This document shows, piece after piece, positions 1 to 9,993 of a stretch of DNA of 64,000 nt (the stretch's first letter is position 1; every line of letters begins with the position of its first letter). The notes beneath the pieces are model-generated. The model ran no database searches. It was given only the letters and a program-made list of their open reading frames with translations, and was not told where the DNA came from. The position numbers and the translations under genes are program-made. Source of the DNA: Ktedonobacterales bacterium. GTDB taxonomy: Bacteria > Chloroflexota > Ktedonobacteria > Ktedonobacterales > JADMIN01. The DNA lies in the NCBI GenBank assembly GCA_036378295.1, contig DASUWS010000016.1, forward strand, positions 339-64,338, read 5' to 3'.

Positions 1-1220
1 CGTTCGAGGCTATCGCCGCGACGATGGGGCCAGCGGATGGCCCGTGCGAAATCCTGGTCTCGCGCCAGCGCACGTCGCCTCTCTTCGCCGCGCTGGTCAA
101 CGGGGCAGCGTCGCACGTCGTCGAGCAGGATGACGTTCACAACGGCTCGGTGTTCCATCCGGGTACGGTAGTCTGGCCGGCGGTCCTTGCCGCCGCGCAA
201 CAGACCGGAGCAAGTGGGCGCGACCTCATCGCCGCTGGCGTCGTGGGATATGAGACAGGCATCCGCGTAGGTGAGGCGCTGGGTCGCTCGCACTACCGCG
301 TCTTTCACACCACTGGCACAGCGGGCACCCTGGCCGCCGCTGCGGGCACAGCACACGTTCTCGGCGCGGTTGCGCGGATGATGCTGCACGCGCTTGGTTC
401 GGCGGGGACACAGGCGGCGGGGCTGTGGGAGTTCCTGCGCGACGCCGCCGACTCCAAGCAACTCCATACCGCGAAAGCGGCGGCTGATGGTCTGCTTGCC
501 GCCTATCTCGCGCGCGAGGGGATGACAGGCGCGCTGCGCATTGTCGAGGGTGCGCAGGGCATGGCAGCCGGGATGTCTACCGACGCGTCGTTCGCGCCGC
601 TCGTCACGGAGCTTGGCTCCCGCTGGTGTATGGCCGAGACATCGTTCAAATTCCACGCATCCTGCCGCCATACCCATCCCGCCGCCGACGCCCTGCTCCA
701 ACTGATGCGCGAGGAGAGTTTGTCCGCCGAGGATGTCCGCCACGTGCGGGCGCGTGTGCATCAGGCGGCGATAGACGTGTTAGCGCCCGCCGCGCGCGCC
801 GAAACCATCCATCAGGCCAAATTCTCCATGCCGTTCGTGCTCGCGCTGATCGCCCTGCGCGGGCACGCCGCCATCACTGACTTCAGCGATGAGTCTCTGA
901 GCGACCCGGCAATTCGCGCCTTCATGCCGAAAGTCGAGATGGTGCTGGACCCAGAGATCGATGCCGCCTATCCCGCCCGCTGGATTGGACTGGTGGAGGT
1001 CGAGGCAGCGGACGGGCGCACGCTCCGCTCGCGCGTGGATGTGCCCAGAGGCGACCCAGGCAACACACTCACGCGCCCGGAGATCGAAGCGAAGGCACAC
1101 CAATTGGCCGCGTTCCAGGATGGCGCAACGCCCGCCGAGATGGACAGACTCATCGCGCGCGTCTGGAATCTAGAGCATGAGCGCGACGTACGCGATCTGG
1201 TGTCACAGCCATCACGGTGA
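1..1220 (+). CDS. MmgE/PrpD-family dehydratase (2-methylcitrate dehydratase-like); 5' end lies outside the window
   Basis: Reading frame is open from the window edge (ORF track 24..1220). Translation shows PrpD-family motifs (NGAASHVVEQDDVH, FHTTGTAG, FKFHASCRHTHPAADA). About 400 of an expected 450-480 aa are present. Confidence 0.85.
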   Translation, partial: FEAIAATMGPADGPCEILVSRQRTSPLFAALVNGAASHVVEQDDVHNGSVFHPGTVVWPAVLAAAQQTGASGRDLIAAGVVGYETGIRVGEALGRSHYRVFHTTGTAGTLAAAAGTAHVLGAVARMMLHALGSAGTQAAGLWEFLRDAADSKQLHTAKAAADGLLAAYLAREGMTGALRIVEGAQGMAAGMSTDASFAPLVTELGSRWCMAETSFKFHASCRHTHPAADALLQLMREESLSAEDVRHVRARVHQAAIDVLAPAARAETIHQAKFSMPFVLALIALRGHAAITDFSDESLSDPAIRAFMPKVEMVLDPEIDAAYPARWIGLVEVEAADGRTLRSRVDVPRGDPGNTLTRPEIEAKAHQLAAFQDGATPAEMDRLIARVWNLEHERDVRDLVSQPSR

Positions 1221-1261
1221 CGTCACAGCGTCACCCACCTTCCCGTAGCCCGGCTCGTGCG

Positions 1262-1270
1262 TGGTATAAT
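1262..1270 (+). promoter_or_regulatory. Extended -10 promoter element TGGTATAAT upstream of the mrp-like gene
   Basis: Exact TGnTATAAT in the 170-nt gap between the PrpD-like stop and ATG 1393. No strong -35 seen. Confidence 0.35.
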
Positions 1271-1392
1271 CCAACTTGGTAAGTCGGAATTACGCTGGCC
1301 CTGGCTGGCAGGGTTGGCGCGCCATATTCCCGCCGGTCACTCGCGGCTGTGCAGGCCGTGGATACTCGTGCGGATGCTGCTGGGAGAGAACA

Positions 1393-2430
1393 ATGGCAGT
1401 TGAGATCACTGCGGATATGATCATCCATGACGTGGTGACACAATATCCACAGACGGTGAAGGTCTTTCAGGGACACGGGCTGCCCTGCACCGCCTGCCAG
1501 ATAGGCGCGCGGGAAAGCGTTGCGGGCGGCGCGCGCACACATCGCCTGAATGCCGAGATGCTGCTCAACGACCTGAACAGGGTCGCCAACGGCCAGGAGG
1601 CGGAAGGCATCAAGCCCGCGACGAAAGCCCCGGTTGGCCGTGGCATCCCGCTACAGGTGATGGGCCAGCCGCAGGATAGCAAGATTCGCCATATCGTGGC
1701 GATCATGAGCGGCAAGGGCGGCGTCGGCAAATCGCTGGTGACGGGCCTGCTCGCCGTCGCGTTGCAGCGCCAGGGGTTGAAGGTCGGCGTTCTCGACGGC
1801 GACATCACCGGGCCGAGCATCGCTAAGGAGTTCGGCGTGCGGGGGCAGCCACGCAAGACGGAAGGCGGCATCGAGCCGTTGCGCTCGGTCGGCGGCATCA
1901 AGGTCATGTCGATGAACATGTTCCTGCCCGATTCAACCGATCCGGTTGTCTGGCGCGGTCCGATGATCTCCAGCGCTATTCGCCAATTCTACAGCGATGC
2001 TGACTGGGGCAACCTCGATTTCCTGCTGGTAGACCTGCCGCCTGGCACCTCTGACGCGCCCATGACGGTAATGCAGTCGCTGCCGGTGGATGGCGTCATC
2101 ATCGTCTCCTCGCCGCAGATGCTGGCGACCGAGATTGTGGTGAAGTGCATCAAGATGGTGCAGACGCTGAAGGGCCGGATTCTCGGTGTGGTGGAGAATA
2201 TGGCCTATCTCACCATGCCCGATGGCAGCCGCAACGAACTCTTCGGCCCAAGCAACGGTAACGATCTCGTCTATCTGACCGGGGCGCCGCTGCTGGCGCA
2301 GATCCCGATTGACCCGGAGATAGCCATGCTCTGCGATGCGGGCAAGATCGAGGACTATAACAGCGACTCGTTCGACACGCTGGCCAGTAACTTCGTCGCG
2401 TCACTGAAGGTGCCAGCGAAGCGGGCCTGA
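1393..2430 (+). CDS. Mrp/NBP35 (ApbC-type) Fe-S cluster carrier ATPase with N-terminal DUF1858-like redox-disulfide domain
   Basis: ATG 1393 is preceded by GGGAGAG. Deviant Walker A SGKGGVGKS, plus the typical Mrp core (VLDGDITGPS, LLVDLPPGTSD). The N-terminal 65 aa (ITADMIIHDVVTQYPQTVKVFQGHGLPCTAC) resembles the hybrid-cluster-associated DUF1858 domain. Confidence 0.9.
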   Translation: MAVEITADMIIHDVVTQYPQTVKVFQGHGLPCTACQIGARESVAGGARTHRLNAEMLLNDLNRVANGQEAEGIKPATKAPVGRGIPLQVMGQPQDSKIRHIVAIMSGKGGVGKSLVTGLLAVALQRQGLKVGVLDGDITGPSIAKEFGVRGQPRKTEGGIEPLRSVGGIKVMSMNMFLPDSTDPVVWRGPMISSAIRQFYSDADWGNLDFLLVDLPPGTSDAPMTVMQSLPVDGVIIVSSPQMLATEIVVKCIKMVQTLKGRILGVVENMAYLTMPDGSRNELFGPSNGNDLVYLTGAPLLAQIPIDPEIAMLCDAGKIEDYNSDSFDTLASNFVASLKVPAKRA

Positions 2431-2470
2431 TCATTATTGGCCCGACCCTGACCCCGACACGACAGCATGC

Positions 2471-2511
2471 GAGTCCCCTGATACGCACAGTATCGGGGGA
2501 CTCGTGTTTCC
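2471..2511 (+). terminator. Rho-independent terminator after the mrp-like gene
   Basis: 14-bp stem GAGTCCCCTGATAC / GTATCGGGGGACTC with a 5-nt loop, followed by GTGTTTCC. Confidence 0.6.
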
Positions 2512-2587
2512 CGGAAGGCTGAAGCCGCGCCTGTGAGTTCACTCTGTTCACCGAAAAGGCTGCCTGCGCGGCCTGGTCCGTATTCCA

Positions 2588-3721
2588 TCATCCGCTGCCA
2601 GAGATGAAGAAGCTCCACGTCCACCAGGTCAGCATCGCCAGTGTCGCGGCGAGGGTGAGGATCTGAGCCAGGAGCGCCATGCGGCTGGATTGCGGAGCCG
2701 GACGTGAGTGGCCCATCTTCTCCGCGTAGCTCAAGACCTGGGCAATCAGCTCGCCTCCAGGCGCTTTCGTCGCAAGCTCCGCCTCGCGCTCGTCCGCGGC
2801 AGCAATCGTGCGCAGGTAGCGTGGGTCGTCGCCCATCCACTTGAAGCTATCCGGCTGCGTGAAGTACCACAAGACATAGGATGCGTTGTACTCGAAGGCT
2901 TCTGTCAGCAGCGTAAGCGCGCGATCGGCTCCGTCTGGCTGCTTACTCAGACGCTCGGCCTCCTCGACGAGCGCAAGCGCCCGTAAAGCGGGAATATTCC
3001 TGGCTGCCCTTTGCAACACCTGAAAGGCTTTCGAGGCAGCGTCCCTGCGCTTGAGCGCGCGTTCGGCGCGGCACAGAACCGCCAGACCGGCAACATAGTG
3101 CTCGCGACGGGCGAGTGGTAGCAGCGACTGCACATCCTTGAACGCCGCCAGCGCCAGCGCCTCCGCCTCGGCAGGCATGTCCCGCGCAAGCATCGCTCCG
3201 GCAAGGGCAGCGTTGGCACTGATCGAGCGCTCGCGCGAGAGCGATTGCGCTAGCCGCGCCGCATCCGCGGCCTCGTTATAGCGATTCAGCGCCAGCAACG
3301 CCGCGGCGCAGTTCCCCAGCGTCTCAGGGTCAGCAGAAATCGCGACCGCTTCGAGCGCGGTATGGAGGGCTTCGTCTGGCCGCCCAAGCATCCACAGGGC
3401 CGTCGTGCAGCGGTTGAGCCAGACCAGTCGGCGGGTCCCTTTCCATGCCGCCGCGCCGCGCACGGCCAACGCATTCTGGCAGCGCCGCGCCGCCGCTTCG
3501 TAGTTGCCTCGCTGCATCTCAGCATCGGCACGCACCGCGGGCGAGAGCATGCGCGCCATGCGCAGCCCGGCAAACCAGAGGATGACTCCAAACAGCGGCA
3601 AGCCTCCGAGCGGCTGGGATATTCGCACCGAGATGACGGTTGGCAGGGCCACCACCAGAAGCCAGGAGATGGCCAGGCCAACCGTGAATACCCTGCTGCG
3701 GTCGCCCATCGTGATCTTCAT
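2588..3721 (-). CDS. Membrane protein with TPR-like helical repeats (N- and C-terminal TM segments)
   Basis: 377-aa ORF with hydrophobic termini and an Ala/Leu-rich repeat core (NYEAAARRCQNAL, RYNEAADAARLA). Sits 25 nt downstream of the preceding minus-strand gene. Confidence 0.6.
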   Translation of the reverse strand: MKITMGDRSRVFTVGLAISWLLVVALPTVISVRISQPLGGLPLFGVILWFAGLRMARMLSPAVRADAEMQRGNYEAAARRCQNALAVRGAAAWKGTRRLVWLNRCTTALWMLGRPDEALHTALEAVAISADPETLGNCAAALLALNRYNEAADAARLAQSLSRERSISANAALAGAMLARDMPAEAEALALAAFKDVQSLLPLARREHYVAGLAVLCRAERALKRRDAASKAFQVLQRAARNIPALRALALVEEAERLSKQPDGADRALTLLTEAFEYNASYVLWYFTQPDSFKWMGDDPRYLRTIAAADEREAELATKAPGGELIAQVLSYAEKMGHSRPAPQSSRMALLAQILTLAATLAMLTWWTWSFFISGSG

Positions 3722-3746
3722 AGCTCGTCTATCTCAACTATCTTAT

Positions 3747-5210
3747 CTATCTCGTCGCTGTTGGCGTGGTATCGGCGCCCGTTCCCATCACAGCCGGGGC
3801 GTGTTCTTCACCGGTGGGCGCTCTTGCGGACCTCGCTCCGTGTCCACTGCGCAGGATGGCGCGCACGGTCACATAGAGCAGCAGCAGGTTACGCAGCGCG
3901 ATCACCGGCATAAACTGCCAGCTAAACGGCGAATCCCAGATCGGTGCGCGCAGACCATAGACAATCGGGAAATCCAGGGTGGTCAGGGCGCCAATGGCAA
4001 GCCAGAGCAGGTCGAAGCCCTCCACGGCGGCGACAATCGGCAATACCCAGATGACATACTGCGGGCTGAAGATCTTATTGGTCACGAGCACCGCACAGAG
4101 ACACGCCAGCACCGCCTGGCCAACCGTCATCCGCCCGCGCATCTGCCGCCAATAGACTACCAGACATCCCACAATCAGCGCTATGGCTGAGAGCGGTTTG
4201 AGCACAACATCTAGTGGACCAACCATATTGAGTGAGACGAACGAGAAGTCTGGATGTGCGGGGATACCCACGAACGTCCCTAGCCAGAGGAGTGTGGCGG
4301 GCGTGGATTCGATCTGCAATGGGCGGTCGCTGGCATAGGTGAAGCCAGAGAGCGCGGCGGTGCCAGCAACGGCCATTGCTCCAGCAAAGGCCAGCACCAC
4401 CACGCCGAGGCAGAGCGCCGCGCCAGACACAACGGCGCGTACTGCCGGGTCGTTGCGCGCGAAAGTTGCCAGCGCGCGTATCCCGCCGCGCCACGAAACA
4501 CTCGCGGGATGTGACGCCCGCACGTCCTGCCAGTGCGCGATCATCACGATTGGCAGCAGGAAAGCGGGATACAGCTTGAGCAGGATGCCCGCCGCCAGCA
4601 GCAGATACGCCACGGCAAAACGCTTGCGCTCGGTAGCCCAGAGCGCGGCGAGTGTTGTCAGCGCTGGCACGATATCGAAGCGCGCCGTCAAGACGGCATC
4701 CGAGCCGACGAGCAGGTATAGCAGATAGATCAGTCCGCGCCTGCGCGTGGAGAAGCGCAAGAAACCCGCGTACCCGATCACCACCACGAGCGCCATCCAG
4801 ATCGAGAAGACGGTCTGAATGTCCTTCAGGGGCGGCAGGAGCGTGAGCGAGAAGGGAATGATGGCCAGGGGCGGGTACTCAACAGGCAGTTGGTGAAGCG
4901 GGGGATGAGAAAGCCAGAAGGCCTGCGCGTAGGTGTTGTATTCGATCACGTCACCAGAGGTAAGCTTCCAGTGTGTTACAGCATACATCCGGCCCGCGAT
5001 GACGAGCGCAAAGACGGCGGCCAGTTCCACGATCCGAAACACCACTGCTGGTATGCGCAGTGACAGGCGATCCTGTACGCGCTGCGAGAGTGCGCGTGGC
5101 TCGGACACGGTGTCTACCTCCATCGTCAGTGTATGCTCCGCCGGGAACCGCTCAGCTACCCGCCGCGCAACGTGCGTCGCATCGTATGTTACCACGGACC
5201 CGGCGCTCAT
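3747..5210 (-). CDS. Polytopic membrane protein, DUF2029/GT87-like glycosyltransferase candidate
   Basis: 487-aa ORF with more than 10 hydrophobic segments. The pattern (LLAAGILLKLYPAFLLP, FSPQYVIWVLP) resembles polyprenol-phosphate-sugar dependent glycosyltransferases. Start may be M1 or M30. Confidence 0.55.
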   Translation of the reverse strand: MSAGSVVTYDATHVARRVAERFPAEHTLTMEVDTVSEPRALSQRVQDRLSLRIPAVVFRIVELAAVFALVIAGRMYAVTHWKLTSGDVIEYNTYAQAFWLSHPPLHQLPVEYPPLAIIPFSLTLLPPLKDIQTVFSIWMALVVVIGYAGFLRFSTRRRGLIYLLYLLVGSDAVLTARFDIVPALTTLAALWATERKRFAVAYLLLAAGILLKLYPAFLLPIVMIAHWQDVRASHPASVSWRGGIRALATFARNDPAVRAVVSGAALCLGVVVLAFAGAMAVAGTAALSGFTYASDRPLQIESTPATLLWLGTFVGIPAHPDFSFVSLNMVGPLDVVLKPLSAIALIVGCLVVYWRQMRGRMTVGQAVLACLCAVLVTNKIFSPQYVIWVLPIVAAVEGFDLLWLAIGALTTLDFPIVYGLRAPIWDSPFSWQFMPVIALRNLLLLYVTVRAILRSGHGARSARAPTGEEHAPAVMGTGADTTPTATR

Positions 5211-5285
5211 GACGAAACATCCACCAGAGCCACCGGGCAGACTGCTGTGTTGACCCTGGCATCCTACACGGGGTATGCTTCAGGC

Positions 5286-6104
5286 ATGCGCATTAGCTTT
5301 TCGACAGCCACCTTCTATAGCAACAGCCTGGAATACAGCCTGCGCCTCGCACGCGATGCAGGGTATGACGGGGTGGAACTGGCATTAGGCGTCGGTTACC
5401 AGCTTTGCGGCCCGCGACCATATCTCCGTGCTATCCAGGCAATTGGCGTGCCAGTGCTGAGCGTGCATCCACCGTTCCTGCGCCTGCGGATCGGCGGATG
5501 GCCCCTCGCAGTTTCACGCCGCATGACCAGCCTCACCAGTGTCGCGCATCTGGTGGACGCGCCCCTCTGTGTCTCGCATGTGCCCGACCTGCGCAGCAAA
5601 GACTCGCGCCGCGCCAATCTCTTCAAGCGCGCCATTGCCCTTGGCTACGAGACGGCGCCGGGGAATGTCACGATCGCGCTCGAAACGACGCAATACGCTG
5701 GGCGCCCGCCGCACCTGCTGGATGATGTCGCGACGCTGACCGCATTCGCAGCCGAACACAACTGTGGCATTACGCTCGATACCTGCCATACTGGCGCCAA
5801 CGGTGAAGACCTGCTGGCGGTGTATGACATTGCGCGGCCCCTGCTGCGCAATCTGCACCTGAGCGACACGCGCGGCACCGGACCGCGCGCGCGTACCCAC
5901 GTCATGCCTGGCGAGGGCGACCTACCTCTCCAGGAATTGCTGAGCCGGATGGCCAGTGACGGCTATGACGGCCTCATCACGATGGAGCTACACCCGCGTG
6001 AGGTTGGCTTTTTCGGCAGACGGCGCCAGGAACAGCGCCTGCGCCAGGCGCGCGAGTTTGTGCTGGCAGCGATGGGCGCCGAGCCAGCGTCCATTGCGGA
6101 GTGA
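5286..6104 (+). CDS. Sugar phosphate isomerase/epimerase (xylose-isomerase-like TIM barrel)
   Basis: ATG 5286 (MRISFSTATFY). Family-typical motifs: GYDGVEL, the TIALE Glu, DTCH, HLSD, ITMEL. Confidence 0.8.
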   Translation: MRISFSTATFYSNSLEYSLRLARDAGYDGVELALGVGYQLCGPRPYLRAIQAIGVPVLSVHPPFLRLRIGGWPLAVSRRMTSLTSVAHLVDAPLCVSHVPDLRSKDSRRANLFKRAIALGYETAPGNVTIALETTQYAGRPPHLLDDVATLTAFAAEHNCGITLDTCHTGANGEDLLAVYDIARPLLRNLHLSDTRGTGPRARTHVMPGEGDLPLQELLSRMASDGYDGLITMELHPREVGFFGRRRQEQRLRQAREFVLAAMGAEPASIAE

Positions 6105-6179
6105 CATCTCCCTATGGCGGAGCGCCAGGGGTGGGGCGCTATCCAGCGGCGCGAAGTCGATAGCATTTTCTGCGCAGCA

Positions 6180-7103
6180 TCATGCCTGAGCCACTGCCGT
6201 GACATCAATGCGGGCGGGGTGAGTATAGATGTTCATGGAGGGACCACGCAGGAAGGCTGCCAGGGTGACGCCGCTTTCACGCGCCAGATCCACCGCCAGG
6301 CTCGACGGCGCGGATACAGCCGCCACGAGGGGGATGCCAGCGGCAACCACCTTCTGGACGATCTCGAACGAGAGCCTGCCACTGACGAGCAGCATTGCCT
6401 GACGCAGAGGAAGCGTATTATCGAGCAGGGCGCGGCCAATGAGCTTATCCACCGCGTTGTGGCGCCCAACATCCTCACGTAATGCCAGCAGGGAGCCGTC
6501 GGGTGCGAAGAGTCCGGCAGCATGCAGGCCACCCGTAGACGCGAAGACGCGCTGCTCGGCACGCAGCCGGTCCGGCAGGCTACAGAGCACCTCGGTGGTC
6601 GTCAGCGGCTCGTGCGCGGCGAGTGGAGGGAAGGCGGCGCAGACCGCCGCGATACTGTTGCGGCCACAGACCCCACAACTGGCGTTCACAGCGAAAGCGC
6701 GCGAGACACCTCCCAGGCGCATACGCTCCGCAAGCGCCGCCCCGGATGCGGGGATGAGGTCCAGCACATTGGGCGATGGCAGGCCGTCGTCATCCAGGCC
6801 CGCGGCAATGACTCCCAGCTCGTCGCGGCTCACGATCAGCCCTTCACTATACAGAAAACCCACCGCCAGCTCGTCATCGGCCCCAGGGGTGCGCATGATG
6901 ACCGCAATCGTCTCTGTGGAGAGTGGATCGCCGCCCACGCGCAGCCGGATCTCCAGCGGCTCCTCGACCACCAGCTCATCTTCGATGGACGTCGCCAGAC
7001 CAGCATGCCACCGTACGAGAGAGGCCGTGGTCTGGCGCAGTGGGTCGGCGTGGGAGCGGGTCGGTGGCCGCAGGCGGCGCGTATCGCCCGGTTGATCGTC
7101 CAT
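6180..7103 (-). CDS. fdhD: Formate dehydrogenase accessory sulfurtransferase FdhD
   Basis: GRHNAVDKLIG signature, SCGVCG cysteine motif and SGRLSFEIVQK. Length 307 aa. Confidence 0.85.
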   Translation of the reverse strand: MDDQPGDTRRLRPPTRSHADPLRQTTASLVRWHAGLATSIEDELVVEEPLEIRLRVGGDPLSTETIAVIMRTPGADDELAVGFLYSEGLIVSRDELGVIAAGLDDDGLPSPNVLDLIPASGAALAERMRLGGVSRAFAVNASCGVCGRNSIAAVCAAFPPLAAHEPLTTTEVLCSLPDRLRAEQRVFASTGGLHAAGLFAPDGSLLALREDVGRHNAVDKLIGRALLDNTLPLRQAMLLVSGRLSFEIVQKVVAAGIPLVAAVSAPSSLAVDLARESGVTLAAFLRGPSMNIYTHPARIDVTAVAQA

Positions 7104-7212
7104 GCGTATCCCCCTCAGATGCTTCCGATGGCGTCGTAGGTGTTGTCAGTATACACCTCTACTCGCGCAACAGGTATTCTCCGTCTCGCGCTCCGCTGCG
7201 CTGGCGGAGTGC

Positions 7213-7929
7213 TCAGGAAGGGGAAGCGTAGATGGCTCGATAGATCATGTCGGTGACACCCTCGATGATGCGTATCTCGCCCGGCTCAGGCCACGCGTGC
7301 ATGCTGAGTGCATCTACCAATGACAGGATGGCAAGCGCGGTCACCTCGACATCCAGGCCCTCCCATGCTCGCCCGCGCCGCTGCGCGTGCTGAAGCTGCT
7401 CCATCAACCGCTCTTGGGTGTGGCGGCGAATGACCTGCTGGTAGGGAATCAACTCGGGCTCGGAGAACATCGCTTCGTGCCAGACACGCCGCAGCCCTGA
7501 GCGGTCATTTTCGCGCAGGGTCACGGCCACGGCTGCCCGGATGTGCGCGCGAGCGTTGTCGTGGCTCAAATCCATGTTGGCAAGGCGAAGCTGACCGAAG
7601 ATATCATCAAGCTGCCCGACGACGAGCGCCAGCAGAATCTGCCGTTTGTTGCGAAAGTAGTTGTAGAACGTGCCGATGCTGACGCCCGCTGCCTCGGCAA
7701 TCATATCGGCAGTCGTCGTCGCATAGCCGCGCTCGGCAAAGATCCGGGCGGCGGCGCGGAGCAGACTGGCACGCTTCTCCCGGCTGCGTGTCTGTTGTGG
7801 GGCGCGTGGCAGATCACTCAGCGCGACGGCAAGCGCGGCATCCAGGGACGCGCGTTCGGTATCTCGTGGCGACCTTCTGTGCCGTGGTGTCGGCGGCTCG
7901 TACGTGGTGTCATATGTGCGGGTACTCAT
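7213..7929 (-). CDS. TetR/AcrR-family transcriptional regulator
   Basis: HTH region TTTADMIAEAAGVSIGTFYNYFRNKRQ. Start chosen at MSTRT with GGAG upstream; the ORF extends to 7980. Confidence 0.85.
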   Translation of the reverse strand: MSTRTYDTTYEPPTPRHRRSPRDTERASLDAALAVALSDLPRAPQQTRSREKRASLLRAAARIFAERGYATTTADMIAEAAGVSIGTFYNYFRNKRQILLALVVGQLDDIFGQLRLANMDLSHDNARAHIRAAVAVTLRENDRSGLRRVWHEAMFSEPELIPYQQVIRRHTQERLMEQLQHAQRRGRAWEGLDVEVTALAILSLVDALSMHAWPEPGEIRIIEGVTDMIYRAIYASPS

Positions 7930-8172
7930 CCATGTCTCCATCCCGCTGCTGACGGGTTCTGCTGCCAGATAGTAGCGCATCTGCCCGCGTTCATGCTATC
8001 GTGCGTGCAGTAAAGACACCCTGGAGAGCCGCGTGGCGATGCCAGCCGCTTCTGTTTCTGCCCGCTTGCCGGCTGTGTGCGGCTGTGAGACAATGCGGTA
8101 CGATACCACTTGGGAGATCGCTGCAAAGGACGGGATCAGGTAGCTGCTCTCCAGGGACGGAGATGTTGTGCA

Positions 8173-8841
8173 ATGGCGCATTCAGATCAAGTGAGGGAAC
8201 GCATGGGATCACTCAATCCAGAAACCGTAGACGCCCTCAATATGCTGCTGGAGGATGTGCGAGCAAGCGTCGAGATCGAAGTTGCGCTCTCCAACGGCGC
8301 CACCGAATACCTCGAACGCGAGGCACTCAACTCGATGGGCGTTGAGGATACGCTGATGTCGTTCCTTCTGCGCGATTGGATGGAAGCTCTCAACCTGCCA
8401 GTAACACGGCGTATCAACGGTATCGTTCTCCAGGCGCTCGATCTCACGCGCTATGATGATCGCCTGATGCTCTTTGTCCAACACCAGTTGGCCTCGCGCG
8501 AGCAAGCGGAGCGTCTGGTGGAGGAGGCGGAGATAGATGCCGACGGGCGCGCGATGCTACGCTCCATTGTTGATGCGCATACACGGCATGCGGCCTGGGC
8601 TGAGCAGCGCGCGCGTGAATTCGCCGAGACACGCCAGATCGAATTCCGCCGTCCCGGTGCGCGCCCGCCTGGTGTGGCCAATGGCACGGGGGATAGTGTC
8701 GCCGATGACCCGGATGGCGTACTCCCCGATACCAGTGGCGAGCGCAGCGTGCCGCGCATGCCGGAGACCACCATGCCAGACACCACAGACGCCAGCATGG
8801 AAGACGCGGTAAGCGAGGCCGAGAGTCCGCCGGCAAAGTAG
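8173..8841 (+). CDS. Hypothetical helical protein, possibly ferritin-like/DUF6306-like, with an acidic Pro-rich tail
   Basis: ATG 8173 after GGACGGAG. LNMLLEDVRASVEIE ... RLMLFVQHQL pattern resembles DUF6306 from memory; not verified. Divergent from the TetR gene. Confidence 0.5.
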   Translation: MAHSDQVRERMGSLNPETVDALNMLLEDVRASVEIEVALSNGATEYLEREALNSMGVEDTLMSFLLRDWMEALNLPVTRRINGIVLQALDLTRYDDRLMLFVQHQLASREQAERLVEEAEIDADGRAMLRSIVDAHTRHAAWAEQRAREFAETRQIEFRRPGARPPGVANGTGDSVADDPDGVLPDTSGERSVPRMPETTMPDTTDASMEDAVSEAESPPAK

Positions 8842-8942
8842 CTTCAAGCGGCTCATTGGCCATTCGGCGTGAAGGCTCTTGCGGGTGTATGGTGTGAACG
8901 TAGGTTCCCTTCTGTCGTTTGCAGTTCTCTGGGAGAGATGAC

Positions 8943-9860
8943 ATGCGTGTGGCAACGTTTCGCAGCGGTGGCGAATTGCGGCTGGGCGTCGTGCGTGGCG
9001 ACGCGGTTATTGACGTAGCGGAGGCAGCGGACCGGCTGGGACGGAGTGACCTGTCGGGCGCGGCAAGCGGCATGCTGACGCTGATCGCGGGCGGCGAACC
9101 GGCACTGCGGGCGCTCTCCGAGGTCGCCGAGCGCGCGCCGGATGAGACCCTGCTGCCGCTGGCGAGTATTGAGCTTGTCGCGCCGATCCCCCGGCCAACC
9201 AAGAACGTGTTCTGTGTTGGCCGCAACTATGCCGAGCATGCGGCTGAATCGGCGCGTGCCCAAGGGCAGGAGCTCAAGCTCCCAGAATTCCCCAATATAT
9301 TCACCAAGGCGGTGACTGCCGTCACCGGCCCATACAGCGATATTCCGTTGGATGCCTCAGTCAGCGAGAAGATTGACTGGGAAGTGGAGTTGGCGGTCAT
9401 CATCGGGCCGGGTGGGCGGCATATCGCCCGCGAAGATGCGATGCGGCACGTCTGGGGCTATACGGTTCTCAACGATGTCAGCGCTCGCGACCTCCAGAAC
9501 CGGCCTGGGGTGCAGTGGTTTCTTGGCAAGAGTCTGGACGGCTCATGTCCGCTAGGGCCATGGATTGTCTCTGCTGACGAGCTGGCCGACCCGACGAATC
9601 TTCGGCTGCGACTGCTGGTCAATGGTGTCGTCAAGCAGGATGACACAACAGCGCACATGCTCTTCGACATCCCGACCCTGCTGGCGGAGATTTCGCGCGG
9701 CACAACGCTGGAGCCCGGCGATATCCTGGCGACGGGGACGCCGATGGGCGTTGGCTTCGCCCGCACACCACCGGAGTATTTACACCCCGGCGACGTGATG
9801 GAGTCGGAGATCGAGGGCATCGGCACGATGCGCAATCGCGTAGTCGCAGTGGGGCAGTGA
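8943..9860 (+). CDS. Fumarylacetoacetate hydrolase (FAH) family protein
   Basis: ATG 8943 after GGGAGAG. FCVGRNYAEHA, DWEVELAVIIG and GDILATGTPMGVG are classical FAH-family blocks. Confidence 0.9.
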   Translation: MRVATFRSGGELRLGVVRGDAVIDVAEAADRLGRSDLSGAASGMLTLIAGGEPALRALSEVAERAPDETLLPLASIELVAPIPRPTKNVFCVGRNYAEHAAESARAQGQELKLPEFPNIFTKAVTAVTGPYSDIPLDASVSEKIDWEVELAVIIGPGGRHIAREDAMRHVWGYTVLNDVSARDLQNRPGVQWFLGKSLDGSCPLGPWIVSADELADPTNLRLRLLVNGVVKQDDTTAHMLFDIPTLLAEISRGTTLEPGDILATGTPMGVGFARTPPEYLHPGDVMESEIEGIGTMRNRVVAVGQ

Positions 9861-9947
9861 GCGGCAGTGAGCGGAGCCTTTCAAGCCCTCACGATACCAT
9901 AGAAGAACCCGGTAGAATCCCGTTGAAGAGGTGATGAGCCGGAAGAT

Positions 9948-9993
9948 GGCGCCATACCGTCCCGTGCGGGGCGGTGAGGCGCCGTTTTGTTGG
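9948..9993 (+). terminator. Hairpin plus T-run, probable terminator of the FAH gene
   Basis: GGCGCC-AU-ACCG-U-CCC-GUGC-GGG-G-CGGU-GA-GGCGCC (13 bp paired), followed by GTTTTGTTGG. Confidence 0.55.

Noticed and set aside
9901-9953. Cobalamin-riboswitch-like strings (AGAAGAACCCGGUAGAAUCCCG and a B12-box-like GAGCCGGAAGAUGGCGCC).
   Set aside because: The two strings are only about 25 nt apart. The conserved GCCACUG core and peripheral helices are missing. The GGCGCC is simply the 5' arm of the FAH terminator hairpin. The downstream gene is 430 nt away and is not B12-related.
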